NCBI GenBank assembly: GCA_036172245.1
Contig: JAYWIR010000094.1
Coordinates: forward strand, 124,001 to 188,000
Source: Raillietiella orientalis
Lineage: Eukaryota
Length of the DNA stretch: 64,000 nt
Reading direction: 5' to 3'
In this document: piece by piece, positions 1-13,090 of the stretch
Numbering within the stretch: the stretch's first letter is position 1
Layout: each line of letters starts with the position of its first letter
Notes under the pieces: model-generated
Databases searched by the model: none
The model's input: only the letters and a program-made list of their open reading frames with translations
Told to the model about the DNA's origin: nothing
Translations under genes and position numbers: made by a program

Positions 1-1630
1 TTCCGCTTTCATCGTTGGAGGTAGACGCCACCTTGTCGCCGTCTCTAAAGAGATCGTCGTCCAGTGGATGGCGTCCCTGCATCTTGGGCCTCTTCTTCTA
101 ACGTGCCACCTTTGCACAATGTCGCGCACGCTGCAATGGACTGCTAGAGACGCAGCAAAGCGCAGGCCGTCACGCAGAAAGAGGCGAAGGAAAATTTCCT
201 TAGGGTCGCCTACTGGAAGATGGAGGATTGCGGCGATTCGACTCCAGAGTCCAACCAGGGCGACACACTCGAGGATGAGATGAGGGATGGTTTCCCTTTT
301 ATTGCACTCGACACAGCGTGCATCCACATTTCCCAGTGTCCAGTGAGATAGGCGTGCTCTGCTTAACAGTACCCAGTGCAGAAATAGCAACGCTGTCTCC
401 TACCACTTTAATGGAAGGGTGACGCTTTCCCAACACGCTGCGGGCCACTTCACCTCCTCCGGAGGTATAGCGAGCAGCTCTTTCCAGCGCGAAACCCCTT
501 GAGACGGGACGCTCGGGGTGACAGCGTCTGCTGGTTCCCGAGTCGTCCACGTTCTTAAAGGTTTTCTCCTGCCTCGGATGAGGCAGCACACTTCTTACGA
601 TGCCCGCTCTTTGCTGCTCCTAATGTTTTTCAGGGAGGACAGAACGGGGGCAAGAGGGGTGAAAGAATTCCACAGAAAATTCCGGGGCGTGTTGATAATC
701 TCCTTCAGCGGCTGTCGAGCGTACGGTCCTTGACGTAACCAGTTGTATTCCGCCTGGCTCGTGCCGTTGATCTTAGCCCAAGCGGAGACTGACTCCTGAA
801 GCCAGGTAGTGCAGTTCACGGGGAGGCAGGAGATCCAAATATTCTCCCTCTGCAAATCAGGGCGATTATCTGGCGCAGATCGAAGCCACAGTTGTTGCAG
901 AGGCTGCGCTGGTAGGCCATGAGGATCGAGGACAATCCTTCGCAGCCGGTCATTCTTCTGGCGAGAAGCCGTGTCGGTTTGCACCATGGCGTCATCCATA
1001 AGCTAGCCGCAAGGGGTAACTTGCGAAGTGTAGTTTGCAGTTCGATGCGCTCCACCGTGAGGAGGCTCAATCCACCGTCGCTGCGTGGAGCGCACAAGTC
1101 TTTCAATCAGACTCGCGACCTCGCTGTGCCCCAAAAGGCAGTCCTGGAGAGGACTTTAGTCCGTGTCTGTATGATGGAAGGGGCGGGGCAAACAAAAAGT
1201 AACAGGCGAAGGAAGGGGGCCGCGAACGCGTTCCACACCGCGGCCCGGTCCTGCAAGTAAAACTTGCCGTTCCGGAACAGGCCGATCGCCATCTCCACCT
1301 TTTGGAGGGAGTCGGACCAGGCTTCTGCAGCGCAGAAGTCTTCCAACCGAACGCCAAGGTACTTGAAGCAACTGCCCGTGGGAATCCTTAAGCGGATCCA
1401 GTCCGGCCGGCCGTCCCAAGCCGTAGTCGAAGATGTCGGAAGAATCATGGATTTCACTCTGTTTACCTCGAAACCCGTCCCACGGTTCAGCAACTGAAAG
1501 AAATCTTCGAACGTCGATGCCGGGATGGACCCGGGAAGCAGAAGCAGAAGGTCGTCGGCATAGGCCCACACGGGAGGCGTACCTGGACACGAGCTCGGCA
1601 GGGTTGCCAGAGTCTCCCTGTATGCCCATG
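1..1630 (-). mobile_element. Family A (Tx1/L1-clade LINE) ORF2 fragment: RT from YADD through the C-terminal Cys/His region, disrupted
   Basis: AYADDLLLLLP, KYLGV and DLCAPRSDGGL in ORFs 1107-1643 and 816-1106; close direct copy at ~58000-59620. Confidence 0.9.
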
Positions 1631-1634
1631 TGGT

Positions 1635-2200
1635 CGTAGGCAATTACAACGTTCGCTTTCATGAGAAACGGACGTGATTTCGTGTCGCTTCGTTTATCCG
1701 CTGTTTGGTTGTTTGTGCGTCCCACTGCACTTCTCTACGGATGAGCAGTGAACAGCGCAACGTGGAAGACCTCTAGCCTGTGGTTCAGAAACTTCCCGCA
1801 GCTGGAGCGATTGCGACAACCTGTGCGAGCGCCGCGCCACCGGTCAGGAGCTTCGCGGACATGGCCACATCTGAGGCCGTGCAAGGATGCCTCCCCAACC
1901 AGATGCCAATTTCGTTTCTGGCATGAGGAGCACCGAGGAAACACGTCCTGATAAGCGTAAAGCATTCGAATGCGTTGATGAGGAAGTGCATGTTGAGATT
2001 TATTCATGCATGAGATTTCCTGCCATCTTCCTTGTCTACCTACGCTCCTGCATGCGCAATGCGTACTGGATAAGCTTAGATATCTCTAATGCAGGGTACT
2101 TCAAGCTCCTGGGCGCTTGTTGGGGGACTTCTGCGCCGGAGAATCCTAGTGTGTTCGTATCCAAAAGGTGAAGTTGGCAATCGGTTAGTTCCGGGAAGGC
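1635..2200 (+). mobile_element. Family A 5'UTR and start of ORF1
   Basis: gctttcatgagaaacggacgtg...ccgctgtttggttg...cggatgagc matches the reverse complement of ~14300-14450, the 5' end of the element at 3500-14450. Confidence 0.7.
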
Positions 2201-2214
2201 CAGGCACGGAGCCG

Positions 2215-2413
2215 GACCGAACCGAATAGAACTTATTCTTACCTGCCCTAACCTATCCTTACCAAACTTAACCTACCCTAACCTACCTAACTTCATCCAT
2301 GTTAACCTGCCCTAACCTAGCAACCTTCTCTAAGCCACCCTTAACTAACCTTACCTAACCGAACCTTACCTAACTTCACCTACCCTATCCTAGCCTAACC
2401 TAACTTTACTAGG
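2215..2413. repeat. Degenerate (CCTAA/AACCT)n, i.e. TTAGG-like pentamer tract
   Basis: cctaacctatccttacc...cctaacctacctaac...cctaacctaac. Confidence 0.85.
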
Positions 2414-2484
2414 TTTAGTTTTGTACATTTTAGATTTACCCTTTGAAGATTCTTGTTTTTCTTTTTATTTGCAGTTTTTCCTTC

Positions 2485-2871
2485 TTACTCGTTTTTTACT
2501 ATAATCCAGGTGTACAGTAAAAATAAGAGATGTCTCAGTTCATCCAGGATCTGCGTTCGTTGATCTTGTATGAGGTTCGCCATTGTCCACAGAAACCGGG
2601 ACGATACATAAGAATTATTTCTGAGTTCTAGGTGTAGATCTCCCAAAGTGTTGATTCCAACTGTTTGGAGTTTTCTTATCATATAGACAGAAATGTCTGG
2701 TATTCTTTCAATGACGTCAGATTGGATTAGTTCTGAGAAGAAATCCCGAAAGTTCCAGTGGTGGTATAAGGGGGCATAGTGACTTCTCTCCAACCAGCGG
2801 GACAATCTCATGTGTCCTGTTATGACATTCCACTGCTGAAAATAATTTAAATTTGAAATATTTGCCTCCAT
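2485..2871 (-). CDS. Orphan 128-aa ORF with a possible BAF-like helix-hairpin-helix DNA-binding motif
   Basis: Open frame in AT-rich DNA; strong Kozak context accgccATGg; segment FRDFFSE...IERIPDISVYMIRKLQTVGINTLGDL. Confidence 0.4.
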   Translation of the reverse strand: MEANISNLNYFQQWNVITGHMRLSRWLERSHYAPLYHHWNFRDFFSELIQSDVIERIPDISVYMIRKLQTVGINTLGDLHLELRNNSYVSSRFLWTMANLIQDQRTQILDELRHLLFLLYTWIIVKNE

Positions 2872-4776
2872 GGCGGTTGAACACACAATTTCAGAATTCT
2901 TATGGTTGCTTTTATGTAATACTTAGTTGTTTAGATTTTTTGAGGGGTTTATCTAAAATTGTTAGTAAGATGAAGCTAAGTAAATAGACTAAAACGGAGA
3001 ACTGAAGTTAGGTATTTTGAGTTGGTTTCCTAGGTTATGCTGCATTTTTGTTCGCTTTTCTTTTAGCCATAGAACAGACTCTTCCCTCTTATTTTTCCTT
3101 GTCTCATTCTTGTTTTTATTTTGTTGTGCCGACATTTGGTTTTGTGTTAATGTTAATTTGGTTTCGCAAAAAGTCTGCGAAAAGCTGCACCGTTGTTTTA
3201 ACTTAAGAACTGACCTCCATGTTGCTTCACTTCTTTGAAATGGAACTCATGAAAGGAGTTGTAGATTACGTTTTTCCTCTCAAAGGAAGGAGTCTTTGTC
3301 GCAACTTCTCAAAATTATCTACTTGGAGATGAACTGGTGGTTTTCCTTCTTTCAAAGCCATCAGCATGCGTCATGAGCCGCCTCCATCTCATCAGTTATT
3401 TGAGAGCTTCTTTTGTAAGTGTTGGTTGTAGGACGGATGTTTCCTTCATTAGTATAGAAGATCTTTCTTTAAGTTTCAAGAACTGCTCCGAACAGCAGCC
3501 ACGGTGAATCCACCTTTTACCAAAGGGCTCTATTTTTCCAAAATTGCTAGTCCGTTCCCTGGAATTCCCAATTCAGTAGGGGAGTCTAGGAAAAGGATCT
3601 TAGGGATAGCACTAAAAGGCACAAAGATGAGCAATAGTACCGAAAAGTCGACAGAGCAAACGGGGATGCGATAGGGGTGGACGAGAGGTTGCAGGGGTCA
3701 CGGGATTACCGCGTTCTCAAAAGTCTGTAAACCTGCGTTGAACGCCGGGGATGTCCTTCACCTCGTCACGAAGGTTAGGTCACCTTGCAGTCCTCTCCAT
3801 GTATGCAGCTGCAAGCAGGTGTGCTCTTCGCTCTGCTCACAACTACACGGCGTAGCAAGCCTTTACGATGGCGCGAATGCAACCTATGGTTGCGACAATC
3901 GCACCTACCAAAAATCCATTTCTGCTGAGGAAGCGTCGCAGCACATCAATGGCGGTGCCTCCCTGCGGCAGGACGGCTGAAATCAGCCTTCGCCACAGTT
4001 CACGGAGGTCAACGCAGCAAAGCAAGAGGCGCAGAAAAGACTTGAACTCTCCGCACCTCAAACAGTTTGCCGGAGCAGCACCCCCGGAAACTATGCTTAG
4101 CTGCCGATTACAATGGAAACCCCAATACAAAAACAGCTACACATCTTGCAACCATTTCAAAGGGATAACGGTACTGTTTAAAGAAACGGTGGGAATCACT
4201 ATCTCTGCGGGTGCACAGTTTAATGTTCGTTCCACCGAAGCAGACCCCTCCTTCGATTCCGAGGAGCAAGGCTTCCACCAGCTCCTCTATCATCCAACCT
4301 CCGAGGAGCTTAGACACTCCTGTAATTGTTCAGGAGAACTTTCATTCCGCCGGTAGGCAACTATCGTTGCTTGCCCTGAAGGCAGACAGCGCTGCAGCGA
4401 GTGGTGTGACGGCCTGACTATTCGTCTTATTCTTGTCCCGCATTGCATCTTCCAAGGGATGACACCGGATAAGTCTAAGGCGTCGAAGATATTCCGGGTG
4501 CATTCCTTTGAAAGCGGCTCACCATGCTAAGGATTCCTGCCGCCACTCCGACTCTAGCCTGTGATGGTCAGGAAGTCCGGATGGCAATCTGCCTCTCCTT
4601 GTTACACGAGAGTGCAAGTTGTCATCGAGGAAGATGTGACCTTTCCATCTCAGCTACACCGACCATCAAGTTGACAGCGCGTACTGACGTGCACATCTCG
4701 ATGGTTGACGTGCGCTCCCTCGGGCAGCTCTATTCATCAGAGAGCAGGTGGACGTTGAAGTCTTCTGCGACGAGGT

Positions 4777-6835
4777 TTTTCACCCGGGTGAACCAAAGCT
4801 TTTTTTATTAATAGTTTTACAATACAAAAAATTTCATAATAAAGTCTTGATTTTTGAGTAGTAAAGTTTTCCTTGTTTTGCTTGTTCTCCAGTCGGAACA
4901 CATGGAACAACTGTTTTGAAGCACTTGTCCTTATTTACCCGCAGGCCGATAAGGTCCCCCACACAGGCACAGGGGCGAGAAAAACAAAAATAAAACAAAA
5001 AAAGAAAACGCCTGGGGGGAGTAATGTTCTTTAAGCGGAGAGGGGAAGGGAGGGGATTACGGTACGCCGTTAGGAGGCCTCTGCATCCTGTTTAGGATGC
5101 GAACAAGTGCTGGCAAATGCTTTCGAATTCGGCGCCAACGGCAGGCCTTCTCCAAAGAGATGGTTGCCCAGTGAATGGCATTCCGACTGGTCCGGCCTCT
5201 CCGTGACGCGGTCCACTTGGCCAGGATTCCGCGTATGCAACAAAGAACTGCTACACACCCGGAGGCTGACAAGGCGTATCGCATCAGAAGTCGTCTAAAA
5301 ATGTTCTTGGGATCGCCCACCGGAATGTTCAGGATCGACGAGAGTCGGTCCCACATTAGGCGGAAGGTGACACAATCGATGATTAAGTAGAAAAAGGTCT
5401 CCCATTTCCCGCAGTCTGCACATTTAGGATCCGCTCTCTAGGATGTCCAGTGAGACAGGCGGGCTCTGCTGAGAAGTCCCCAATGGAGCAGAAGCAACGT
5501 CGTCTCCTGCCACTGCAGGGTAAGGGTGCCGTTATCCCAATCCGCTGGGGGCCACTTCACCTCCTACGGAGGTACTTCGAGCAGCGTGCCCCAGCGTGTA
5601 AGTCCATTCAGCGGGACAGGGGGTGTACTAGCGTCCGCTAGTTCCCGAGACGTCCACGCCTTCAACTGTTTTTTCCTGCCTTTTATGAAGCAGGACACTT
5701 CCCACGATGCCTCCTGCTGGCTGTCCCGAGCTTACCTGAGGGAAAGGAACACTGAGGCAAAGGGGGTGAAAGATGTCCACAGAAGTTTCCGTGAGTTTTG
5801 GACGATATCTAGCAGTGGCTGACCAGCTTATCTGCCTCTACGGAGGCAGGAGAAGTCCTCCATGCTGGAGCCGTTGATTTTAGCCCATGCGGAAACGGAT
5901 TCCTGGAGCCAGGTAGTTCAGTCCGCAGGGATGCAGGACATCTACGGATTGTTTCTCAACAGGGCAATTAAGGTTCGCAGCTAAAACCCACAGTGGTTCA
6001 GACTACGGTCGTTGGCTACTAGGATTGAGGTGTATCCTTGGCAAACGGTTGCCCTGTGAGCGAGGAGCCTTGAAGGTGCACACCAGGGTGCGGTTCAATA
6101 CTTTGTCACAAGGGCAAGTTCTCGGAATTGGAGCTGTCGCTCCATGCGTTCCAACGTCAGGAGACCAAGTCCACCGTCCCTGCGTGAAGCGCACAAGTCT
6201 TTAAGCCGGACGAGGGGCCTCCGATTGCCCCAAAGGGCTTCTCTAATGAGGCCCCTTGTCCTTTTCCGAATTTGGGGTGGGGTTGGGACGCAAAAGCGTT
6301 AGACACCGAGGCCCGTTCCTGCAAGTAAAACTTGGCGTCCCGAAACGGGCCGATCGCCAACTCCACCTTTTTGAGACGGTCGGACCAGGATTCTGCTGCG
6401 CAGAAGTCCCCCAACGGAACGCCAAGGTACTTGATGTACCTGCCCGTGGGGTTCCCCAAGCGGATCCAGTCCGACCGTCCTGCCCGCGACGAGTCCGATG
6501 AAATGATCGACGACTTCGCCCTGTTTGCCTCGAGGCCTGTTTCACGGCGCAGCAACTCGAAGATGTCCTCGAGCGCACTCGCCGGTGTGGACCCGGGAAG
6601 CAGCAGCAGAAGATCGTCTGCATAGGCTGACACGGCAGGCGTGCTTGCACACGAGCTCGGCAGGGTTGCCAAAGTCTCCCTGTATGCTCTCAGCACCAAC
6701 TCAAAGTAGATGCTGAAGAGCAGGGGGCTGAGGCTGTCGCCCTGCCAGATGCCGCGACGAACCGGCACGCCGTACACGTGCCGGCCGCTAAAATTAATGT
6801 TAATAAACGGGAAACGCCATCACGAGCGCAGGTGC
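4777..6835 (-). mobile_element. 5'-truncated family A copy nested in the host APE
   Basis: GIWQGDSLSPLLF, AYADD, KYLG; 3' end ...CACCCGGGTGAAAA; 7-bp flanking duplication acgaggt at 4770-4776 and 6836-6842. Confidence 0.85.
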
Positions 6836-8009
6836 ACGAGGTGCGCTACTTGAAGAATGCATTTTTTGAGACAGTGGCATTTCACTTCCTCGAAGAGAGC
6901 AATTCTATCTTCGAGGTAGCGGGAGCCACTCGGCGCGTAGATGTTCGTGGTGATGAGATCGATGGACTCGGACCACTTGACAACAAGTTGGCCTACCCGT
7001 CCTTCGCAGTTGAAACGAACACTACGCACCGCTTTCGCCATTTTTCCTCTTGTGAGAAACGGGACGCCGAACGTGCGTAGGGCGCCGCACCGCCAAAGTA
7101 GCGTTCCGCCTGCGCGTTCCTCGATTTCCGGAGCCTGCTGGTCGGAGATTACGTGGATCTCATACAGGAACGCAAGGTCAAAAGGGAGCAAGGTGTTCGG
7201 TGCCAATCACCTCTTCCCCTCTTTCTGCAATCCATTCACGTTCCAACAGGCGACGGAAAGGCGACAAAAAGAATCCATTCCCCGCATTAATGCTGGACAG
7301 TTGGCTGCTTTTCTCCTGCTTTTACCGGCGAGCGGACGGTGAGCAGCACTGCTGGCTGGAGATCACGGTCGCCATTGTCCTCCCTGGTGCTGCAAGAATT
7401 CGATTGCTCGTCTCCGTGTAACGTCGCGTGACGCTCCGAGGTGAGCTCTCGCTCCTTCGCGGCCTGCGCTGCGCGGCTCAGGGACTTATCCCGTCGAACT
7501 ACGGCTTTTGCGCGGGTGATCCAACGTGCGGCGGTGATCTGAGACTCCGTTCGGGAGTCTGATTGACGCGCGAGCTCTTCACGTCTTACCTGCCGCGTCG
7601 ATATGGAATGGATCGCGATGTTACCGTGGTCACCTCCTTTTTCGTGGTCAACGGGGTATCGCTGCCGGTGAGAGCGGCTTTTGAGATATGCGCGATCAAG
7701 GCGGTGCCTTTTGCGACAGCGGAGGGAGAACTCGCGCGAGTCTCCTTCATCGGGCGACTGTTCATTGCCTTGCAGTGGCTCTCTCAAAAAAAGGTTGTGG
7801 AGCATTTTGAGGACATTTTACTTTTCTCCCTTTCTCAACAACCGTTCACACGCCGTTTGTTTCCTTGGAGGGTTCCACGATTGTCGTCAGAAACGCCTCC
7901 AGAATATCCCTCAACCAACTATGGCGCAGCTTTCGCCGCACCCTAAAGAGGCAGCAGTGGCGCACCCTCCTCGAAAGTCAGGAAATTGCTCGTCGACTGA
8001 TGAGACGAG

Positions 8010-11000
8010 AAAGTAGTGCTTAAACTGCGTGTGCTTAGAAATTGTTTGTGCTTTTTTTGAAATTTACAGACGCCTTTAGAATTAGAAGGACCCGCGGAGA
8101 CCATTTCGGAAAATCACAGGAAAATAGCATAGAGAAGTGCCCACCGGAGCCGTCGAAGGAGGTAACTGCGGTGGCGTTCGGAGCAGCCACTTCGATTTGT
8201 TCGTACGCAGCGGTGACGGCGGCACAATCGACGAGTTCAGACGTTTCAGCGTTGACGATGGCGAGAACAGCAATGCCCTTCGTAATTAAAGTAAAGCAAG
8301 TCAAAGAACCCATGTGGAAGATGGAAGCATATGTAAAAACTGTTACCTTAAAAACTGACATGTTTAAAATACAGAGTTTCCGGGATATGTGTGTCGCGTT
8401 GCACGAATAAAAGCTCAAATTTAGCGATATTAAGGCCATCATTGCAAGCGCAATAGGTTTTGCAATCTCCACCAATAATGAGGAACTTTAGGAAATGCTT
8501 TTGGAACATGGTTTGGTTATAAACGGACATTACCTATGCCGAATGGGAGAGACAAGTTACACCTCCGTGTTCTTAACGAGAATTAGTGGCTTCACGAAGC
8601 AAGAGGTTGTGCGGGATATTTTATCCAAATACGGAGAAGAACAGAAGATGTCCTTTCGTTCTTTAATGATGGGAGTCTTCACCGGGGAAGTAATGGCCAA
8701 AATCAGGCAGTTTGAATGTGCGAGGATACAGACGTCTGTCTGTATAGATGCATACTCTAAACACCTGCTGGTACGATACCGTATGCAGCCCACATTTTGC
8801 GCCGGATGTAAGCAGTTTGGTTATCGGCTGGGTTCATACCGAGAGCACGCTGTTTCCAATGTGGTCAGCATGACAATTTTATCAAAGCCTGCACGAACAC
8901 CCCTCAGTGTCACCACTGCAAGGAATCGAAGCGTATCAAGTGAGAATGCCCGAGATATTGGGAGTGGCTCGATGCTCAGAAAATTCCTCCGTTGCCAAGA
9001 GTTAAGAGAAAAGAACAAGAAAAAGTAGTAGAGAAAGTCAGCCCAAGCGCGGCTGCCTTATCCACGGAAGCAAGAAAGAAGAAAGAGAAAAGGAAGAGAA
9101 AAGAAGTTTACGAGGAACTTTCTCCTATTTCAGCAGCATCGGAGGAATTGGGCGTAACTGAAAGGGAGAAGCAACAAACAATGAATGAGTTAAGGGCAAT
9201 GCAGGATGAGCAGTTGCTCCTGTCCTCACCGAAGTGCAAAACCTTACCCACGGTAGTAATCGACTGCATCGAAGTTCGAGTAGAGGAGGTTCCTGAGGCG
9301 TTGACATCCAGAACTGCAGCCTCGGAAAAAAAAGAGCTCTCTCTCAGGCCGACAAAGCGTGCAGGCCGCAGAGTGGTTATGATGGAAGAAACCCCAGCTG
9401 AAGACATCACGGATCTCCTGGAGTCTGGAAGCGAAATGGGGGAAGAGACTTCTGCTTGGAAGAAGCCAACGAGATCTCCAAAGTAAAAAAATACCAGAAC
9501 ATCAAGAACTAAAAAGTGATTTCCCATGTGTTCCTTCCTGTCTTTCTCAAGAAGTGTCAAGATTGCCTCCTGGAACGTGAATGGGATGCGCGATCAGGTA
9601 AAATGAAGAAAGAAAGAGCGTAATATCGGGCGTGAGGACATCATTTGCCTGCAGGAGACCCTCGAAACAGACTACCAGATCTGTTCCAAACTGGAACAGC
9701 GACTGGATGCTACACTGTACTTGAGTTCGGGAGAGAGGCAGATTTAGGGCGTTGCGATCCTCATCAAGAACAGGATCGCGCACACCGTTCTGGAGTTCTT
9801 TTCTCCGTTCATCGGACGCATCGTTAAACTTCGGATGTCCTGGTCCTGCGCGGTTTACCTTTTTCTGGTCAACGTTTACGGACCCCACTTGGAAATGCAT
9901 CGATGTGCAGACGCTGTGCGGGATCTCCTGAGGTCCCACCAAAGGACATCGTCGTTATGGTGTGCGATCTGAATATATCGGGCATCAACACCCAGTGCAG
10001 GAACATCGAAGGAAAAGTGACGTGTCGGAAGCTCTCCGACGAGTTTCGACTGCTTTGGCTAACGGCCAAACACAAACCAATCGACCACGTAATCTTTAAT
10101 CAGGAAATCGAGAACGGCGTGCAGGGATTCCGAGACACCCAGATTCTGCTCTCGGATCACCCGTTGCTGCGGTTCACGTTGCGACCGGAGAACTCCGAAA
10201 GCAAGTAGGCACAAGGGCTGCACTCAAGTGTATGCCTTCCTGGTTTGAAACCCTTCTTTGTCACCAGGAACTCATCAAAACGATACAGCGCGACACAAAA
10301 ATTTGCAGAGTCGGGGACTGGGACAGGTTCAAGCACACCATCCACGTGTTCTATAATGCGCAATTAATAAACTGGAAGATAAGGAAGGAAGCGTACCGAG
10401 AGCAAAACACCGAAAACCGCTTTCTCTCTAAATACTGGGAATAGTCCTTGAGCCGGTCCGTATACTGCAACGTAAAAGGGGAAGTAGGCTTGCAGGAGAA
10501 GAGAAATCTTTCAACGGATATCTTTTGCATCCAACACAGAGACCGGTTGCGACACACGCCAGAAGAAATCACGGAGGCCTTCCTTCAACCTTACAACTCC
10601 CACTTTCGAAGGCGTGAATTGTCAAGAAGCAAGCAGAGCGATTTTTTTCGATTCCTGCAGAAACGAATCACTCGGCAACAGCAGGAAAGAAGAAGGAGTC
10701 TCAATGGATGAAGTGCAGCAGGCATTCGTTAGACTCCGCAAGGACATGGCTGCAGGCACTGATTGCGTGCCAATATCGCATTATCATAGGTACCTAAACG
10801 CCTACATGCGGTTGTTCCAGGAGCTCACACTTCGCATCCAAGAAGAACGAAAGCTTCCCGAGTCGTTCCACGAGAGCCGATTGAGGCTGCTGCCTAAGAC
10901 AGGAGACCTGACTCAGGTCTACCGATGACGGACCATCTCCATCATGAACACGGACGCCAAATGGTTAGCCAAGATCTCGGCTAACCGTTTAAGCAAGACG

Positions 11001-13090
11001 TTGCCATCCGTCATTTCTTTAATGCAGACGTGAGCGGTGCTTGTACGTAGCATTTATGACAATGTGAAGTGTGTACAAGCAACGTTAGGTTACAGTCGCC
11101 ACATAGGCGACAACCTGGTGCTGGTCTGCACGGATATGGAGAAGGTGTTTGATACAGTGGACATGGAATGTTGCTGAAAATACTGAGGAAACTGGGCTAC
11201 CCAGAATACTTCGCCGATTACGAGGAGAAGAATCTCAAAGGACAGTACAGCAGAATAAGAATCAACGGAAATGATACTGCAGACATCAGGATGGAAAGGG
11301 GAATCCATCAGGGAGACGCTCTTAGTCCGATGCTATTCGTGGTTTATATGAAAGCTGTTTCGTCACTTGTCCACCATGGCAGACGTATCCAAGGAATACG
11401 CCTTGAAGACGACAGGTTGATGCACCTGAAGTATGCGGATGATCTGCTCTTCTTCTTGAAGGCAGACAAAAATCAGCATGCGTTCCTTGGTGTCGTCGAA
11501 TCTACGGAGAATGGTTTGAGCTTGAAGATCAAAGCCCAGAAATCCCAGCTGCTGCCCATCGGAATCCTGTACCTTACCGCCTCAGCGGAAGCAGGATTCT
11601 GAACAGTGGATGACATCAAGTACCTGGGAGTCCACATCGGCGATGCCTTGGCTTCGCAGGAAATGTGGAAGGAAATCCTGGAAAAAACAAAAGGAAAAAC
11701 TGCAAAATACGTCGACTCGACTTCTGACTGAAGCAAAGAAAAACCTATGGAACGGAGTTCTCCTTCCTAAGGTGCTCTTCAAGGCAGCCTTTTATCAAGT
11801 ATAAAAGGGAACGTGCCGGCAGGTGGAACAACTGCAACGGAGATAGGATAATATGGAGGGAGTTTATGCTGCGGGTCAGGATGAAACTTTTGTGCCGACC
11901 GCGAGACATAGGCAGGACCGAGATGAAGTCGCTCAAATGGTCCGTGCAGCTTTTAGACGGGCTACAAATCTTGGAACTTGCCACCATATGGGATGAGTGG
12001 CCTTATGCGGCGCACAGAGCTTACTCGCATTTGGTCAACAATACGAGAGGCCTGATGTCCACCCCAATAGCCAAATAAGGACAGTGGAAAAACATCGACT
12101 CACTTGGAAACGGAAACAGGTACTGGTGAACACGCATCACCTCAGAATAGTGCCTAGATGTAAGGAAATTTGGGATGACGAATTGGTTAGGATTATCCCT
12201 TGGTTTATGCACGTCCCTTCGGGCACCAGGAAGTGGATATCCAAGAATCCAAGTAACACCATGAAGGAGTGCGCGCAGTTCATATTAAGTGGCAATTGCC
12301 AAAAAATGAAACTGTATCAGCTAACTACGGAGATGGTGGGAAGATTCACCCACAAATATCGAGAGATCTGGACCAATTAAGAATCCAGCTGCTGGCGCCT
12401 GATAACCAGGAAAAACATACGAGAAGCAGTAATGAAGGAACCAGACGACGACGACGCGGTGTTTGCGGCCACCAACCGATAAGGATGCCGCCAGGTGGAA
12501 CCGCTGGCGGTTGGCACCTCGGTCTGGACGAAGAACTCACCACCGGACACTGAAGATGAGCTACTGATGTTTTATCACGGTGGCATTCTGAGAGGCACTA
12601 GGACCAAACACTGGACCGGAGATCTGCAGGAGAAGTGCAATGCCTGTGGAATCAGAGAAACTCAAATTCACGTACTCACCTGCCCGTCTCTGCGCCAAGA
12701 CTGGGCTAGTCTAAATCAAGTGATAGGCTTGCAGTCGTTGCGGCGGATGGAGATTCTTGCTGGCATGGTCGAAGGAGACGGCAACGTTCCACGATACAAC
12801 CCGATGGTCCACAGCATCATTGCCATCTTTATCAAGAGTATCGTGATAAGGAGGGCCAAAATGTGGAAAGGAATGAGCCAGGTGGCTGCTAGGGAAATAT
12901 TCATAGGTCTCGTGAAAAGGTAAATGGGAATCAGAAGCCGTGGAGGATTTCCAAATTGGATGTACTGCCATATCTTGCAGAGGATTTCAGAACATTGAGA
13001 AAAGTAAGGAAAAGAGTAAATAAGGAAAGCAAAAAACCATTGTAAAACTGTAAAGATCGATAAATTCTTCCCTCTGCAATTCGCACACGG
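8010..13090 (+). mobile_element. Family B (Tx1/L1-clade LINE) near full-length copy 1, many stops and frameshifts
   Basis: ORF1 FCAGCKQFG; APE WNVNG/CLQET/SDH at ~9560-10200; RT GIHQGDALSPMLF, YADD, KYLG; CNACGIRETQIHVLTC. Confidence 0.9.

Noticed and set aside
2215..2413. Functional telomere
   Set aside because: Short, degenerate and internal
7990..8020. Hammerhead-like core ctgatgag...gaaa
   Set aside because: No convincing flanking stems; it lies at an insertion junction, antisense to ORF1
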